In this document: positions 1 through 11,723 of the stretch, piece by piece
How positions within the stretch are numbered: the first letter of the stretch is position 1
How the letters are laid out: each line of letters opens with the position of its first letter
Source: Naegleria gruberi
Taxonomy: Eukaryota
Direction: 5' to 3' (one strand)
DNA length: 64,000 nt
Assembly (NCBI GenBank): GCA_000004985.1
Contig: GG738865.1
Notes under the pieces: model-generated
What the model was told of the DNA's origin: nothing
The model's database searches: none
Seen by the model: only the letters and a program-made list of their open reading frames with translations
Made by a program: the position numbers and the translations under genes

Positions 1-2638
1 TTTAAAAATATTTTTTCTAATTGAAAAATTATAAAAGATAAAAATCGTGCGAGCATTTTGAGTCTATCCACAAGTTTGAAAGTAATTGGAGTTGATTTGC
101 TGCAAGAAAAGGAACAAGAGTAAAGTCGGAAGAGAGAGGAATAGTACTGAACCATTTATTTGAATTTGAATGGAAATTTCTGATTCATAGTGTAGTTGAG
201 AAGGTAATAGGATGAGGAAATTGGAAGCAATTTTCTATTGTTTTCCTTTTGGTTGTTGTTAGAATTGCCGAATTGAAATAATCAAGCATTAACAATCAAG
301 ATGAAGTATTGAATTATTTTTTCATCAGCAATGAGATTCTGATTGGAGGAATGATGATATTGACATGCCAAACAGATCACTTTGTAACCTGTGATTGAAT
401 GCATTACAATAGTTATTTATCATTTAAAAAGTATTAACCCTGGCTGAGGACAATTAACAATGTATTATCAAGTATAATACGTGAATGAAGGTTTGTTACC
501 CTCACAACACAGCGAGCTACAAAAATATCATAATATTAAATACTAAAGAAGTTCTTGCCAAAACCACTCAATTGGTAGTTCACTTAATTGAAATTATAAT
601 AAACATCTATCTCTTCCTTTCCAAGAGAGCTATGAAAAACCATCAACATCAAGAAATTGTCCATTACCTCTTTGGTAACTGAGTAAATATTGTAAACTGA
701 CACTAAGGATTTATTCTCTTGATAGAGTACTCTCTCCATCCAGTTTAAACAGTCATTCGTTACAAATATAGTCCTTAATTCCTAGAAATAAAAGTGGCAA
801 GTATTGCTGTAACTTTGAGAGCTCAACTGGAAATACATCAACAAAGGTTCTTCATGGTTTTAATTTTACAACATCCAAACAGACCCATTTAATCATGGTT
901 ATCCCCAACAATGTACACATATCAACACAATCCAAAAACTTGTCATTCATGTCAGTAACTGTTTCCTTATCTCATTGTGCCGACCACCCATCATATGAAG
1001 TTTTTTTCTGTCTAAAAATACAACAAGTAGAACGTTGTGACAATTTTAACAAAAGAGCGTCCATCTAAGCAAAATAACATCTTAGAAAAAAAGCCACGAC
1101 ATCATCTACGGGAACACAATCGTTGGTTAGTTACGAAAGCAACAACAACAGGACATTTAAATGGCTCAGAGCATGTAGGTCTCAATAGCAGAATTGAAAG
1201 ACCAACGGTTAATCAAATCAATTGTGGAGAACATTTGAGTAATAGAGGTTCGTGCGAAGAAGGAAATTCTATTTAGATAGGAGGTATTTCTTCTCTTATT
1301 AAATCCCATTTGGGTTATCTATTACAATCATAGTATAATGCTAAAAAGTAACATGGGTTGTGTTCTGGCAAGCAATGGCTGCATGAGGTTTGTCCTCTAT
1401 GGTTTGAACCTTAAACCACACTTGAACAACCAAATAATATTACGTCAAAAAAACAAGATCATCAACACGTTACATTCTCAAGGTGCACAATCATCATCTT
1501 GATTGCCGTCAGATATCATTCCAAAGTGCATGCAGAAGAGGCATCAATTCAACAACTTTCCAACACGTTTTATCTTTGTAATACAAAAACGGAATATCAC
1601 TGATCTAAAACATCAACCTCTGGTTTAATCTGGGAAAGTCAACTTTGGAAACCTCATGCAAAACCGAGTTTTCTAATGCCAAAAGTTAACAAGAGAGCTC
1701 TACAGGAGAGACATGCAAAATGACTCAACAATTCTGTAGTTTTCTACATTTGACTTTACCTGTAGGTGGTGTGCCTTAGCTTTCATCGGATTCTTAAGGT
1801 CATGTAACCAACGCACAAACTTATACAATCAGTCCCAAGAGCCCATCACACAAGCTAGCTTGATTCACCAAATAACTGGAGGAAGCGACAAACAAATTGT
1901 GAAAAAAATCCAAAACCATTCAAGCACCATTGAAACTATTTTTCGTATCATTTGTATTCGTACAAAGACGAAACATAATTTCGAGAAGTGATTGAATATT
2001 TGGATTTAAAGAGGATTAGGATTTGGATTAGAGACAAGGAAAAAGGGGGAAACCACAAAGAATGAATTGCACTGGTTAATGAATACATTGCTAGTAGCTT
2101 GACCTTCTTTGTGGTCTTCCTCTTTTTTTCTTGTCTCATCGGATGGTAGTAACTGGAGGATATCATGTGTGTACATGTAGTGTTAAAATTTTCTAATTTT
2201 TATTCTATTTCACTAACTCAACTATTTACCTGAAATGGTTTGAAACTTTAATCCAAGCTTTTGACAGAGTATTAACAATATTTAATATGAGTATTGAACG
2301 GTTGTAAAAAATATTGAAATGGAAAAATATCACCAAACAAATATGCGTTGTCCATTTTTAAAAGTAATGATGTTTGACGTTTAAAGTGAAATTTTTTTAC
2401 AGCAGAAGACATTTCACACTCAATAGGCAAGCTGCAGAAGTAGACCAGCTACAACATTTTTACAATATGCTTCTTACTACAGATGAGCTGAAGGAATAAT
2501 ATTCAGACCAGCTACAGCAATTAACCTGCTGATGGGCGATCGTTGATTCGACATTTCTTCACCACACATTTTGCCGGAGAGACATCACGAATCTTCTGTT
2601 AGACAGGTGTAAAAACTGTCAAAAAAAATTAATCAATA

Positions 2639-5340
2639 ATGCCACCACTGGATTTCTTGAGAAGACATCTTCAAAAAGGAGGAAGTAATAGTTCTTCTCC
2701 CGAACCATCAGACCAATCATCACCACAACGAATTTCTTCTATTCGAATTAAACATAAATCCACAATCAATGTACAATTAAAAATTGAAATTGAAACCATT
2801 TCACAACACATAACAATTAATGAACAAAACGTTACTTGCTTTCCTGGTGATTTGATAGAAAGTTTTATCAAGGAGAAGTTGTTAAATTTTCTACCAAATA
2901 ATTCAAACTCTACAACAGATTCCTATCGATCATTTTGTGAAAAGTATGCATTGTTTGTTGTGAGAGAGTTTGGTGATAAAGGTGTTGGAGGTGATTGGAT
3001 TTTTAATTATGGAATGTCATTTGCAGATTTAAATGTGAAAGGAGTTGTAAGTGATCATTGAAAACTTTTTATTAAATTTGAAAACATTAGTGTACAATAG
3101 AATGTGTACTTCAAAAGAAGAAGATACAAGTTCAATTCGGAGTTGACCAACAATTTGCAAAACCAACAGAAATTAATGAATTAAAAACAGTGGAGGAAAT
3201 TTCATCTGAAATTGCAAAATCATTCATGATAAAGAAGGAGTTTATGGCTGATTTTTCTTTGAAGGATAATTTGCAACAATGGTTAATTCCACAATTAACA
3301 CTCCGAGAACAAGGACAACAAGTGAATGACAAATCAAAACTTCAATTATCTAAAAAATATAATTTCACATATGACCAACTATTGGAAAATGATATTAAAC
3401 TAAATGCAGTTAGTTTATCATTAACATATAGTGAAACAAAGGAGAGATTCATGAATGGAAAACTCAATTACAATATTCAAGATAGAACTGAAAGAAATAT
3501 CATTGCTAGATTGGTTGCATTGTCTATTTTAGCAGAGGGACTTGACAGAAAGTACTACAAGAGAGTGGATGATGTTTCTAAATTCGAATCACTCGTACCT
3601 CCTCACTTTTATGCTGAAATTCAAGAAACTCAAAAGATGAAAACCAAAATGAGAAAAAAGTTCATCAAGAATTTACAAAGAAACAAGACCCTTAACATTG
3701 TCGATGCTCAATGTGAATATGTGAAATTGTGTTCACAACACCCATTCTTTAAACTCAACTTGTACAAGGTTGAATTTAAGCAAGAATCAAGTGCAGAGAG
3801 TACCAATCTTAGTGATTTTACTGAAATTCTATTTGGTATTGATGATCAAGGTTTATGTACTATACACTCTACGGACAGATGCATTACTTCGAGTACTCCA
3901 TTTACAAGTATTGTGACTTATTCTGCTACCAAAGACATTTTGAGAATTGTCATCAAACAACCAGAACCAATTCTAGAATCTACAATGGTTATCAAATCAC
4001 CTTTAGCTGAGGAAATTGAACTAGTCATTGCTGGTGCTATTGATTATTCAAATAGAAATATTTTCATGACTCCTCAAGTGAAGGATTTACTGGAGGATGT
4101 TCAAGGATCTGATCGAGTTAAAAAGACATCCTTTGCATTGCCAAGAGACGTACCAACAGATGACATTCAACTCTTACTTTCAGATAGAAATATTGTGGAG
4201 AAGGCACTTCAAGGATTGACAGAATATAATAGACAAGTCAAAACCAAATCAGGTCCTATTCAGGCACTTCTTGTTGAGAAACAAGAAGAAACCTCTGCAC
4301 AAAGAAAGAAAGTTATTGGACAGTATATGGAAGAATTGAGCAAAAAGGATCCAAATGATACTCTCAACAATGAAAACATTAATGTATTCAAAAAACCATT
4401 CGAATATTTGGAAATGTATGACCCTATCAAAAATACTTGTGAACTGATAGAAGAGTCCTACCTCAGATTGATTGAGGTTGAAATGGAGAGGAAAGCTAGA
4501 GAGACTGAAGTTAGCATATTGGAAAATATTTCCAAGGGTCTCATGACAGGAATGTCTGTTAATTCTATTGATTTGGAATCAACCAACTTAGATCAACAAA
4601 AGAATAACTTGTATCCAAAACAAGTTCTCGATATGAAGAGAGAATATGATATGGCATTTAAACAAATTCAAGTCGAGTCTGTTAATATGGAATCATTGAA
4701 GCAAATCAAACAAATGTTTGATCAGCAAGCTCAATATTTGTTACAATATGAAAAGTATTTGCACGACAAGTTTTTGAGACTTAAGGAAATGCCCACAACT
4801 GGAAGTGTTGAATCAACAGCTCCAAGTACCTTCACTTCTCTCAAGAAATTCCCTACTCCACCTGTACCATCATCCAATAACAACTCCTCAAGTGCAAACA
4901 CACCAACCATATCTACCACACCAAAACCAAGTGGTGAAACTCTTTCTCCAACAGCAAATCTTCCAAGAAAGATTTCTTCTAGCACTACACCTCCTGAACC
5001 ATCAACATTAAGAACAGCATCACCAACGAGTCGTAAAACTGTTTTTACTCCAACAAGTGCCAAGTCAACCACAACCGATTCCTCACCTCCAAACAATACT
5101 CAACCAACAAATTCTAATTCATCATCACCAATTGATTCATCTGCTCCATCAACAAATTCCACAACAGCTTCTGATCCATCAGGTAACAATTCATTTAGTG
5201 ATTTGAGATCCAGATTCCTCAAACCTGCAACACCCAACACTCCTCCACCCTCCAATGCACTAGCAGAAGAACGAAAGCAAGCCTTAAAGGGAAGAACATC
5301 AACAGTTCTTGAAGCCCTCTCCAGATTCGAGAGGAAATAA
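2639..5340 (+). CDS. FERM-domain protein (talin/kindlin-like: two ubiquitin-like lobes F0 and F1, then F2 and PH-like F3) with a long S/T/P/N-rich C-terminal tail. Proposed model join(2639..3046,3091..5340) with a 44-nt GTAAGT...TAG intron.
   Basis: ORF 2639-3061 encodes a ubiquitin-like fold (TINVQLKIEIETIS...). Downstream frame-1 ORF has no ATG until 3229 but is open from 3091. A perfect GTAAGT donor at 3047 and TAG acceptor at 3089-3090 join the two in phase 0. The downstream part has an F1-like KIQVQFGVDQQF, F2-like QCEYVKLCSQHPFFKLNLYKVEFK and a PH-like F3. Confidence 0.55.
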
Positions 5341-5595
5341 ATCATCATGATGATAATTAAGCTTAATTATCCTTATCTCAACTTTTCATAAGCCTTCCAT
5401 CTGGTTTACAAGTGTTAGCAGCACTGTATCATCTTCACCCCATACGATCCATCATCTTTATCATCCTTCCATTTAAATTGATTGGGTTTTCCTCTCTTTG
5501 CAAATAAACAAACAATAATGTTATCGGCTTGTTGATAGCCAATTCCGAGACAAGGATGTATTTTTTTATTTTTAAAATAAAAACATCAAACAACG

Positions 5596-8500
5596 ATGAA
5601 GCAACTCTCAACACCTGCATCAAAGGCATTCCGATCCTTGCTTGCAACCTCGAGAACATCATCATCAGGGCTTTTCCGAAAGACTGATGTTGTGTTTGGG
5701 AAGGGAGCCAATAGTTATCAACAAGAACAGTTGAATTCATCAAGGATGATTATCGGAAGTTTGCAAGGTGATTTGAAGAGTAGATTCTTCTCTACATCAA
5801 CAATTCATAGAAACGAGAAGAAGGATGATGAAGATAATAATGATAATGATGAAAAGAAAAAGAAGGAAGAAGAAGAAGAACAGAAGGATGTTTCTGAAAA
5901 GGACAAAACACAAGAAATTAACAAAATGTTCGATGACTTTGAATCATCCAGAAAGAGTGATGAAATTAATGATATTGTAGAGGATAGTGCTGAAAGAATT
6001 GAAGAATTATTATCAGATAAGGTAAATGCTGAAGATGTTTCGGATAAAGCAAGTAAATTGCTTTCTCCTGTTAAGCAAACTGAACAATCAATTACAAGCT
6101 TCTTTGCCACTCCAACTCCACCTTTTGTTGAAATTGTCCCATTGTACAAAAAACCAGCATTCCCTGGAACTATTGTTCCTATTTTCATTACTGATACTAA
6201 ATTCATTCAATCCATGTTGGAGAGTGGTTATCATGATAAATTGGTTGGTCTTTTCCTTGTAAAGGATTTGGAAAAACGTGATCAAATGAAGAATGTTGCA
6301 TCTCTCAATGAAATTGAAACAGTAGGTACTCTTGCAAAGGTTACTAGGGTTGTACCATCTAAAGGTGGTGCTTCAGTAGTATTTGCTGCAATCAGAAGAA
6401 TTAAGGTAACTGGAACTGTAAATAATAGTAAGAGACTTACTGCAAATATTGAAGAAGTGACTGCAAATAAGGTTGACAAGAATGATCTATCAATCAAGGC
6501 TCACGTAATGGAAATTTTCCAACAAATTAAGGAATTTTTATCACACATTGATCCTGTTCAAAGAGAACAATTGAATATGGTATTGGAACAATTGGATCAT
6601 ACTGATCCTGCTGAGTTGTCTGACATTGCTGCCATTCTTTGCTCTCATGATCCTGAAACACTTCAAGAAATTTTACAAACTACAGACATTAGACTCAGAT
6701 TAGTCAAATCTCTTGAGCTCTTAAAGTCTGAAGTTGAAACTAAAAAGATTCAAGAAAAGATTCAAAGAAATCTTGAGGAAAAACTCAATAATCAACAAAG
6801 AAAGATGTACCTCACTGAACAACTTAAAATTATCAAGAAGGAACTTGGTCTTGAAAAGGATGCCAAGGAAGAATTAATGAAAAAATTCTCAGGTGCTGCT
6901 GAACAAATCAAGTCTAGAGATAATGTTCCTGAGCTTGTCAAGACTACATTGCAAGATGAATTGAACAAATTCTCCACTTTGGATCCTCATTCAAGTGAAT
7001 ATACCAATGTAAGAAATTATTTGGATTGGATGACATCTCTTCCTTGGGGATTACGTGGTATTGAAAACTTTGATTTGATCAAAGCTTCCAACATTCTCGA
7101 TCATGATCACTATGGACTCAAGAAGGTAAAGGAGAGAATTTTGGAATTTATTGCAGTTGGTAAATTGAAGAATACCACAAAGGGTAAAATTATTCTATTG
7201 ATGGGCCCTCCTGGTGTTGGTAAGACCTCTATTGGTAAATCTATTGCCTCCTCTTTGGGAAGAGAATTCCACAGATTCAGTGTTGGTGGTTTGACTGATG
7301 TCAGTGAAATTAAGGGACACAGAAGAACTTACATTGGATCTATTCCTGGTAAATTAATTAATATCATGAAACATTGCAAGACTAATAATCCTGTAATTAT
7401 GATTGATGAAATTGATAAATTGGGAAGAAGTCATCAAGGTGATCCAGCCAGTGCTCTCCTTGAAGTATTGGATCCAGAACAAAATAATGCCTTTGTTGAC
7501 CACTATTTGGATGTACCATATGATTTGAGTGATGTCTTGTTTGTTTGTACAGCTAACGTTCTCGACAGTATTCCTGGACCACTTCTTGACAGAATGGAAG
7601 TTTTGAGACTCAGTGGCTATATTCTTGAAGAAAAGGTTCATATCACCAGAAACTACCTCCTTCCAAAAAAGATTGAAGAGACTGGACTTTATGTTCAAAA
7701 GGCTAAGGAGAAGAAACCTTTGCTTACTGTTACAAATGGTCTCATTGAAAAACTAATTAGAGAACATTGTAGAGAAGCTGGTGTAAGAAACTTGGAAAAG
7801 CACATTGAACTGATCTGTCGTAAGGTTGCCTATAAAATTGCCAAATCTAATAAGAAACCAGCTCCAATCCATCTCACTGAAAATGATTTGGAAGAATTGG
7901 TAGGAAAGCCAGTATTCACATCAGATAGATACTACCTCACCACTCCTGTAGGTGTTACTATGGGTCTTGCTTGGACATCAATGGGAGGTTCCACATTGTA
8001 TATTGAAACTATTTCAGAAAAACTAGGTCAAGCCGATATCCCAGTTGCAACTACTGACAATGCCACTACAACTGCATCTGTTCCTATGAATGGCTCACTC
8101 AAGTGTACAGGTTCTATGGGAGATGTAATGAAGGAATCATCATCAATTGCTTACTCCTATGCTAAGAATCATCTGTTCAATGTTGATCCAAAGAATGACT
8201 TTTTCAGAAAGACAAATATTCACATGCACATTCCAGAAGGTGGTGTAAATAAGGATGGACCTTCTGCAGGTGTTACAATGGTGACTTCACTTCTTTCTCT
8301 TGCTCTCAATAAGCCTGTAAGACATAACTTGGCAATGACAGGAGAATTAACCATAACTGGTAAGGTTCTTGCTATTGGTGGTGTTAAGGAAAAGGTTATT
8401 GCTGCCAGAAGATCTGGAATTACAACTGTAATTCTGCCTGCTGGAAACAGAAGAGATTGGGATGAATTGGATGAAAATATCAAGAAGGGATTAGAAGTTC

Positions 8501-8619
8501 ACTTTGCTGATTATTATTCAGATGTTTTCAGAATTTCTTTTGGATATGATGAAGCTGAAAATTTGGAAGCTATTGAAAAGGATCGTCAATCACCAAATCT
8601 TATGGATCTTTCTTCTTAA
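5596..8619 (+). CDS. ATP-dependent Lon protease, mitochondrial type (single exon, 1007 aa) with an N-terminal presequence-like region and a K/E-rich acidic insert
   Basis: Lon N-domain, AAA+ Walker A GPPGVGKTS, Walker B IMIDEIDK, sensor and a C-terminal serine-protease domain (PSAGVTMVTSL, KVLAIGGVKEK). Start ATG at 5596 confirmed. Confidence 0.93.
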   Translation: MKQLSTPASKAFRSLLATSRTSSSGLFRKTDVVFGKGANSYQQEQLNSSRMIIGSLQGDLKSRFFSTSTIHRNEKKDDEDNNDNDEKKKKEEEEEQKDVSEKDKTQEINKMFDDFESSRKSDEINDIVEDSAERIEELLSDKVNAEDVSDKASKLLSPVKQTEQSITSFFATPTPPFVEIVPLYKKPAFPGTIVPIFITDTKFIQSMLESGYHDKLVGLFLVKDLEKRDQMKNVASLNEIETVGTLAKVTRVVPSKGGASVVFAAIRRIKVTGTVNNSKRLTANIEEVTANKVDKNDLSIKAHVMEIFQQIKEFLSHIDPVQREQLNMVLEQLDHTDPAELSDIAAILCSHDPETLQEILQTTDIRLRLVKSLELLKSEVETKKIQEKIQRNLEEKLNNQQRKMYLTEQLKIIKKELGLEKDAKEELMKKFSGAAEQIKSRDNVPELVKTTLQDELNKFSTLDPHSSEYTNVRNYLDWMTSLPWGLRGIENFDLIKASNILDHDHYGLKKVKERILEFIAVGKLKNTTKGKIILLMGPPGVGKTSIGKSIASSLGREFHRFSVGGLTDVSEIKGHRRTYIGSIPGKLINIMKHCKTNNPVIMIDEIDKLGRSHQGDPASALLEVLDPEQNNAFVDHYLDVPYDLSDVLFVCTANVLDSIPGPLLDRMEVLRLSGYILEEKVHITRNYLLPKKIEETGLYVQKAKEKKPLLTVTNGLIEKLIREHCREAGVRNLEKHIELICRKVAYKIAKSNKKPAPIHLTENDLEELVGKPVFTSDRYYLTTPVGVTMGLAWTSMGGSTLYIETISEKLGQADIPVATTDNATTTASVPMNGSLKCTGSMGDVMKESSSIAYSYAKNHLFNVDPKNDFFRKTNIHMHIPEGGVNKDGPSAGVTMVTSLLSLALNKPVRHNLAMTGELTITGKVLAIGGVKEKVIAARRSGITTVILPAGNRRDWDELDENIKKGLEVHFADYYSDVFRISFGYDEAENLEAIEKDRQSPNLMDLSS

Positions 8620-8641
8620 GTGTTTTATTGTAAATAATAAA

Positions 8642-10363
8642 TTATTTTTCTTTCGAGAACCTCAGCTTTAAAGTCAATCTACCTTCAGGTCCAAACAGTT
8701 CATAAACCCAATAGTAGAAGAAACCCATCATCTTCATTTTGAATGGTCTATTTACCCAATCCTCATAAGTTATTTCTTTGGAAACTTCAAGCTCACGTTT
8801 AAAGTCTTTCTCAAGCTCAGATGCCAATTTCAAATCATAGTGTTGAATTCCAATCTCTAAATTAGTTTCTAAACTCATTCTATCCAAATTGTAAGAACCC
8901 ATCGATGTGAAAAATCCATCTATTGTCATGTATTTAGCATGAAGGGTCTTTCCAAAATATTCGTATACTTTGATACCTTGCTTTAAATATTCTCCATAAA
9001 TATATGTACTGATATATCTCATGCCAGGAACGTCACTTCTTCCACAAGTTAACAGTCTCACATCACATCCATTCTTCTTTGCAGCAATAAGAGCTTGCTT
9101 TAACCTTTCAGGTGGGTAGAAATATGGTGTTGAAATGTAGCAGTGACTTCTCGAATTATTAATTACATTACAAATATTCTTGTAGAGAGCTGTTTTGTGT
9201 TTTTTAGGATCTGAAAATAATACTTGTGAATAACGTCTTTCTTCATTATTTGTTGGTACTGCTTCTTCTTCAATATTGTCTGTCATATTCCAAGAGTTAT
9301 TTGGATCTTTATCAATGTCAGTCAATAAATCCTCTCTGTTAAATTCCCTAACTATATTCTCTCCTAGTTTTGATTTGGATTGTTCCAAACTGAAAAGTAG
9401 GGATAATGTCAAATAGGATACACTTGGTCCATCAACCATGCAATGCAAATCACGCATGTGACCTATTCCTGATAGCAGTACATTATAATCAGTAGTATTA
9501 GATCTTCCCTTTTCAATATATTCATCCAACTCATCAAGTAAATTTTCATCCAAAGGAACATCCAATACGCCTTGGTCACCTTCATCAGTGAAAATCTCCT
9601 TTTCCAATTGTTCTTCTGTATACAGTGCTCTATCAAATGGATTTGAATATCTATTTTCAATATTCATTCCTCCAATCAAGCCAATTTTATCATCAACAAC
9701 GCAAACTTTCTTGTGATTTCTCAATGTTGGAGCTCTACTAGGATGTCTAAAAAAGAAATTATATAATTTCAAATCCTTATCATTAAATTTCAATATTTTC
9801 CCACCAGCTTCTTTCAATTCTTGAATTAAATCCTCCTTTTCAAAATCAATATGATAACTTCCGAAAGCATCCACTGAAAGAATAACTTCCACTCCTCTAT
9901 GAGCAGCTTGAATTAATTTCACCAAAGTTTTATCTCCAATTTGATCTGTTGAAATTGTATAACAATCAATAAATACTCTCTTCTTTGCTTTATCAATACC
10001 ATTCCATAAGGCTTTGAAATAATCAGCACCATTGAAATAAATTTCCTTTACTCTATTATTCTCGGAAAATCCTCCCAACGATATTGATTGTGCAATGGAC
10101 ATGTACCACGGAAGGGTTAAATCTCTACCAACCTTTTTAGATAATTCTTGTAAATGTGGATAGAATGATGAAATTACTTCATTTGTTGCATTTGCCACTC
10201 CACCATGTTTCCAAATCCAACTCTTTGATTTAAATGTAAATCGATGATAAATTCTCGAATAAAACAATGATGTATAATAGGAGGAAGGAACCGGTGATTT
10301 GGCTATAATAGAAGCAGCAGCAGTAGTAGTAGATGATGCCGCCGATGATACCAATCGATTCAT
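8642..10363 (-). CDS. Phospholipase D-superfamily enzyme with two HKD motifs, bacterial-type cardiolipin synthase-like. The N-terminal S/T/R-rich stretch looks like a mitochondrial presequence.
   Basis: HKD motif 1 NHKKVCVVDDKIGLIGGMNIENR and motif 2 TLHAKYMTIDGFFTSMGSYNLDRMS. Single 573-aa ORF. The N-terminus MNRLVSSAASSTTTAAASIIAKSPV lacks acidic residues. Confidence 0.75.
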   Translation of the reverse strand: MNRLVSSAASSTTTAAASIIAKSPVPSSYYTSLFYSRIYHRFTFKSKSWIWKHGGVANATNEVISSFYPHLQELSKKVGRDLTLPWYMSIAQSISLGGFSENNRVKEIYFNGADYFKALWNGIDKAKKRVFIDCYTISTDQIGDKTLVKLIQAAHRGVEVILSVDAFGSYHIDFEKEDLIQELKEAGGKILKFNDKDLKLYNFFFRHPSRAPTLRNHKKVCVVDDKIGLIGGMNIENRYSNPFDRALYTEEQLEKEIFTDEGDQGVLDVPLDENLLDELDEYIEKGRSNTTDYNVLLSGIGHMRDLHCMVDGPSVSYLTLSLLFSLEQSKSKLGENIVREFNREDLLTDIDKDPNNSWNMTDNIEEEAVPTNNEERRYSQVLFSDPKKHKTALYKNICNVINNSRSHCYISTPYFYPPERLKQALIAAKKNGCDVRLLTCGRSDVPGMRYISTYIYGEYLKQGIKVYEYFGKTLHAKYMTIDGFFTSMGSYNLDRMSLETNLEIGIQHYDLKLASELEKDFKRELEVSKEITYEDWVNRPFKMKMMGFFYYWVYELFGPEGRLTLKLRFSKEK

Positions 10364-10684
10364 TTTTATTTTTATTATTATTTAAAGATTTTGATTTATT
10401 ATTATTTATTAATTTAATTATCATTAATCATTAAATTATGAATTGATGGAATTGCAGTTGTTGCTTTTGTCGGAAAAGCACAATTATTATCCCTACATTA
10501 AAATAAGGTCAATAATAAAGTAAAGTGCCATTCATAATTTGCATGAAATTCAATCAATTTTATAAAGTGAAATGGTGACCAAAATTAAGCATCTGTGTAA
10601 TATTTTGCCATTTGAAAGTAATCATGGCTTAATTGACTTTAAAACAGGTAGGTGGAAATGTTAAACTATAAGATTAGAATTTAT

Positions 10685-11017
10685 TTACAACTTTTTTTCC
10701 ATGTATTCCTCTCTTGCAATATTGGTTTGAGTTGGTTGATTTAACATTCCACCACTTGTAGTAGTTGATTGAGGAACATTTACTCCTGTTGTTGTTGCTG
10801 GCTTGTGTGGAATTCCAACATCTTTAACTCCAAATTGACTTGCCAAGTTTGGATCAGTTTCTGCCAACTTCTTTTGTTGTCTGCTTTCGTAAGTGATATT
10901 GCTGTCAGTGTCATGAGTGAATGGATGTAAGACTTTTTCCTTAATATTGTGGATGGTTCCACTGCCGGTTGTGCTTGTTTTTTGAGGTTGCATTTTGATA
11001 TTTGTTTTTTTTTGCAT
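10685..11017 (-). CDS. Hypothetical small T/Q-rich protein (110 aa); may not be a real gene
   Basis: Isolated ORF in an otherwise ORF-free spacer between the PLD and SDR genes. Low-complexity composition, no recognisable domain. Confidence 0.25.
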   Translation of the reverse strand: MQKKTNIKMQPQKTSTTGSGTIHNIKEKVLHPFTHDTDSNITYESRQQKKLAETDPNLASQFGVKDVGIPHKPATTTGVNVPQSTTTSGGMLNQPTQTNIAREEYMEKKL

Positions 11018-11723
11018 GAAATTGTGAATATGATGTTCAGTATTTATGAGATTTTCAAGAATTACTTTATTTGGATAATTTACAAAGAAAGAAAGTTGTT
11101 TTTAGAAAATCTCAACTTGGGCAGTTATGTAAATGTCAATTATCTGAAATCAGTAATTTATTCTCAATCTAATAGGTGAAGATTTTGTCTTTTTGGCGAA
11201 TTGGAATGATTGAATTAGCAAAATTGGCATCTAGACTTTTTAAAACAAATGCACATTTCTAGATTCCTTTACAATTCAATCCATGTGTACAATCACATTA
11301 TGTTACAATAATTTACAGTTTTATTGAGTTCAGAACAACAAGCATGGCATCAGTCTGTTCTCAATCTTAAAAGGTCAGCTTTAGAACCAAAGAGTTAAGG
11401 AAAATAAGGAGGATACTTGCTTTCCTTAGATACCCACCAGACAGTGGAAGAAATACTCAGCTTAACCTTGTTTACAACAAATTGTTAATCGCCTCGTGCG
11501 TACTATTTTTACAATCAAATTATTTCAAAAAAAATAGCAAAGCAATGAAAGCAACCCTGCCAGAGGAAAAAAAGGTCCCTTCGAAAGGTTCATGTTTCAA
11601 AGCAAGTATTGTGATACCTATAAGGTTTGTTTAATTTATTGATCGATTCCGAAATAAATTGATGATTAAAGCGTGCTCGTGTTGAGTTGGATTGTTTGGG
11701 TGAATTATTCCGATCAATCAGCA

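Noticed and set aside
1037-1276. Plus-strand 79-aa ORF in the ORF-poor leader
   Set aside because: No ATG context and no domain. Its composition resembles non-coding sequence read in frame, and it stands alone in a 2.6-kb region without supporting exons.
4731-5348. Minus-strand ORFs 4731-5096 and 5100-5348, antisense to the FERM gene tail
   Set aside because: They lie wholly inside the S/T/P-rich tail of a better-supported plus-strand gene. Their G/V/L-rich low-complexity translations are the mirror image of that tail. Antisense ORFs of this kind are expected by chance in low-complexity coding DNA.
5805-6497. Minus-strand ORFs 5805-6206, 6088-6285, 6282-6497 and plus-strand 6026-6262 overlapping Lon
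   Set aside because: They lie within the clearly conserved Lon protease reading frame. The S/F/L-rich translations are antisense artefacts of the K/E-rich insert.
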